Below are positions 63,800 to 64,000 of a stretch of 64,000 nt of DNA, piece after piece. The stretch lies in NCBI GenBank assembly GCA_965216635.1, contig OZ244188.1, forward strand, positions 960,001 through 1,024,000, written 5' to 3'. The stretch's first letter is position 1; every line of letters starts with the position of its first letter. The position numbers were made by a program, and so were the translations under genes. Under the pieces are notes generated by a model. That model saw nothing but the letters and a program-made list of their open reading frames with translations, ran no database searches and was not told where the DNA came from. The stretch comes from a bacterium (GTDB taxonomy: Bacteria > SAR324 > XYD2-FULL-50-16 > G965216635).

Positions 63800-64000
63800 A
63801 ACCAGTTTTTTTGTTTTAGACTACCTAAAAAACTAGAAAAATACTTATCTTCGTTCACTCCAATCGTCTTATCTTTGAGCTGTGTTTCAAATTTTTTTAA
63901 GGATAAATCTAAAATTTTCTTATAGAGTATATTTTTAGCATCTCTATATTCTTGGAGCATAACTATTTCGTTATTTTCCTCTAGTTTTTTAATAAGTTTT
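63796..64000 (-). CDS. atpF: ATP synthase F0 subunit b, C-terminal part (5' end outside window)
   Basis: Open helical frame KLIKKLEENNEIVMLQEYRDAK...KQKNWL* whose TGA overlaps the atpH ATG; assigned mainly by position. Confidence 0.65.

Overview
AT-rich bacterial chromosomal segment. The 16S rRNA and housekeeping proteins look deltaproteobacterial, possibly SAR324-like; this is a by-eye impression, not a computed placement. Core genes include der, aroE, rpmH-rnpA-yidD-yidC-hpf, nth, iscS-iscU-iscA-hscB, radA, lpxH, plsY, gmd, betB-SDR-choXWV, trkAH, the atpFHAGDC operon and a stand-alone 16S rRNA gene. Accessory DNA is interleaved throughout. (1) A modular palindromic MITE/REP-like family with TAGACYTTTGAATTTG-type termini has about 14 copies plus lone ends, and often supplies stop codons. 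(2) A type III R-M island carrying an XRE-ImmA/PIN pair and a TcmP-DUF5131 pair is bracketed by two inverted copies of that element. (3) Foreign genes sit inside the atp and isc operons, including a TIGR04255 / small protein / MazF-fold trio and a Panacea module flanked by a 31-bp duplication of the menA 3' end. (4) A four-unit promoter+ORF tandem array encodes mosaic coiled-coil membrane proteins. (5) Two paralogous outer-membrane barrel genes have hypervariable Cys-clamped loops. (6) A GNAT-aminotransferase fusion is coupled to plsY, a candidate N-acyl-serinol lipid pathway. (7) A shortened DUF3800 gene is followed by a structured RNA candidate. Several toxin genes appear truncated while their antitoxins are intact. 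All family assignments come from motif recognition by eye; no database searches were run.
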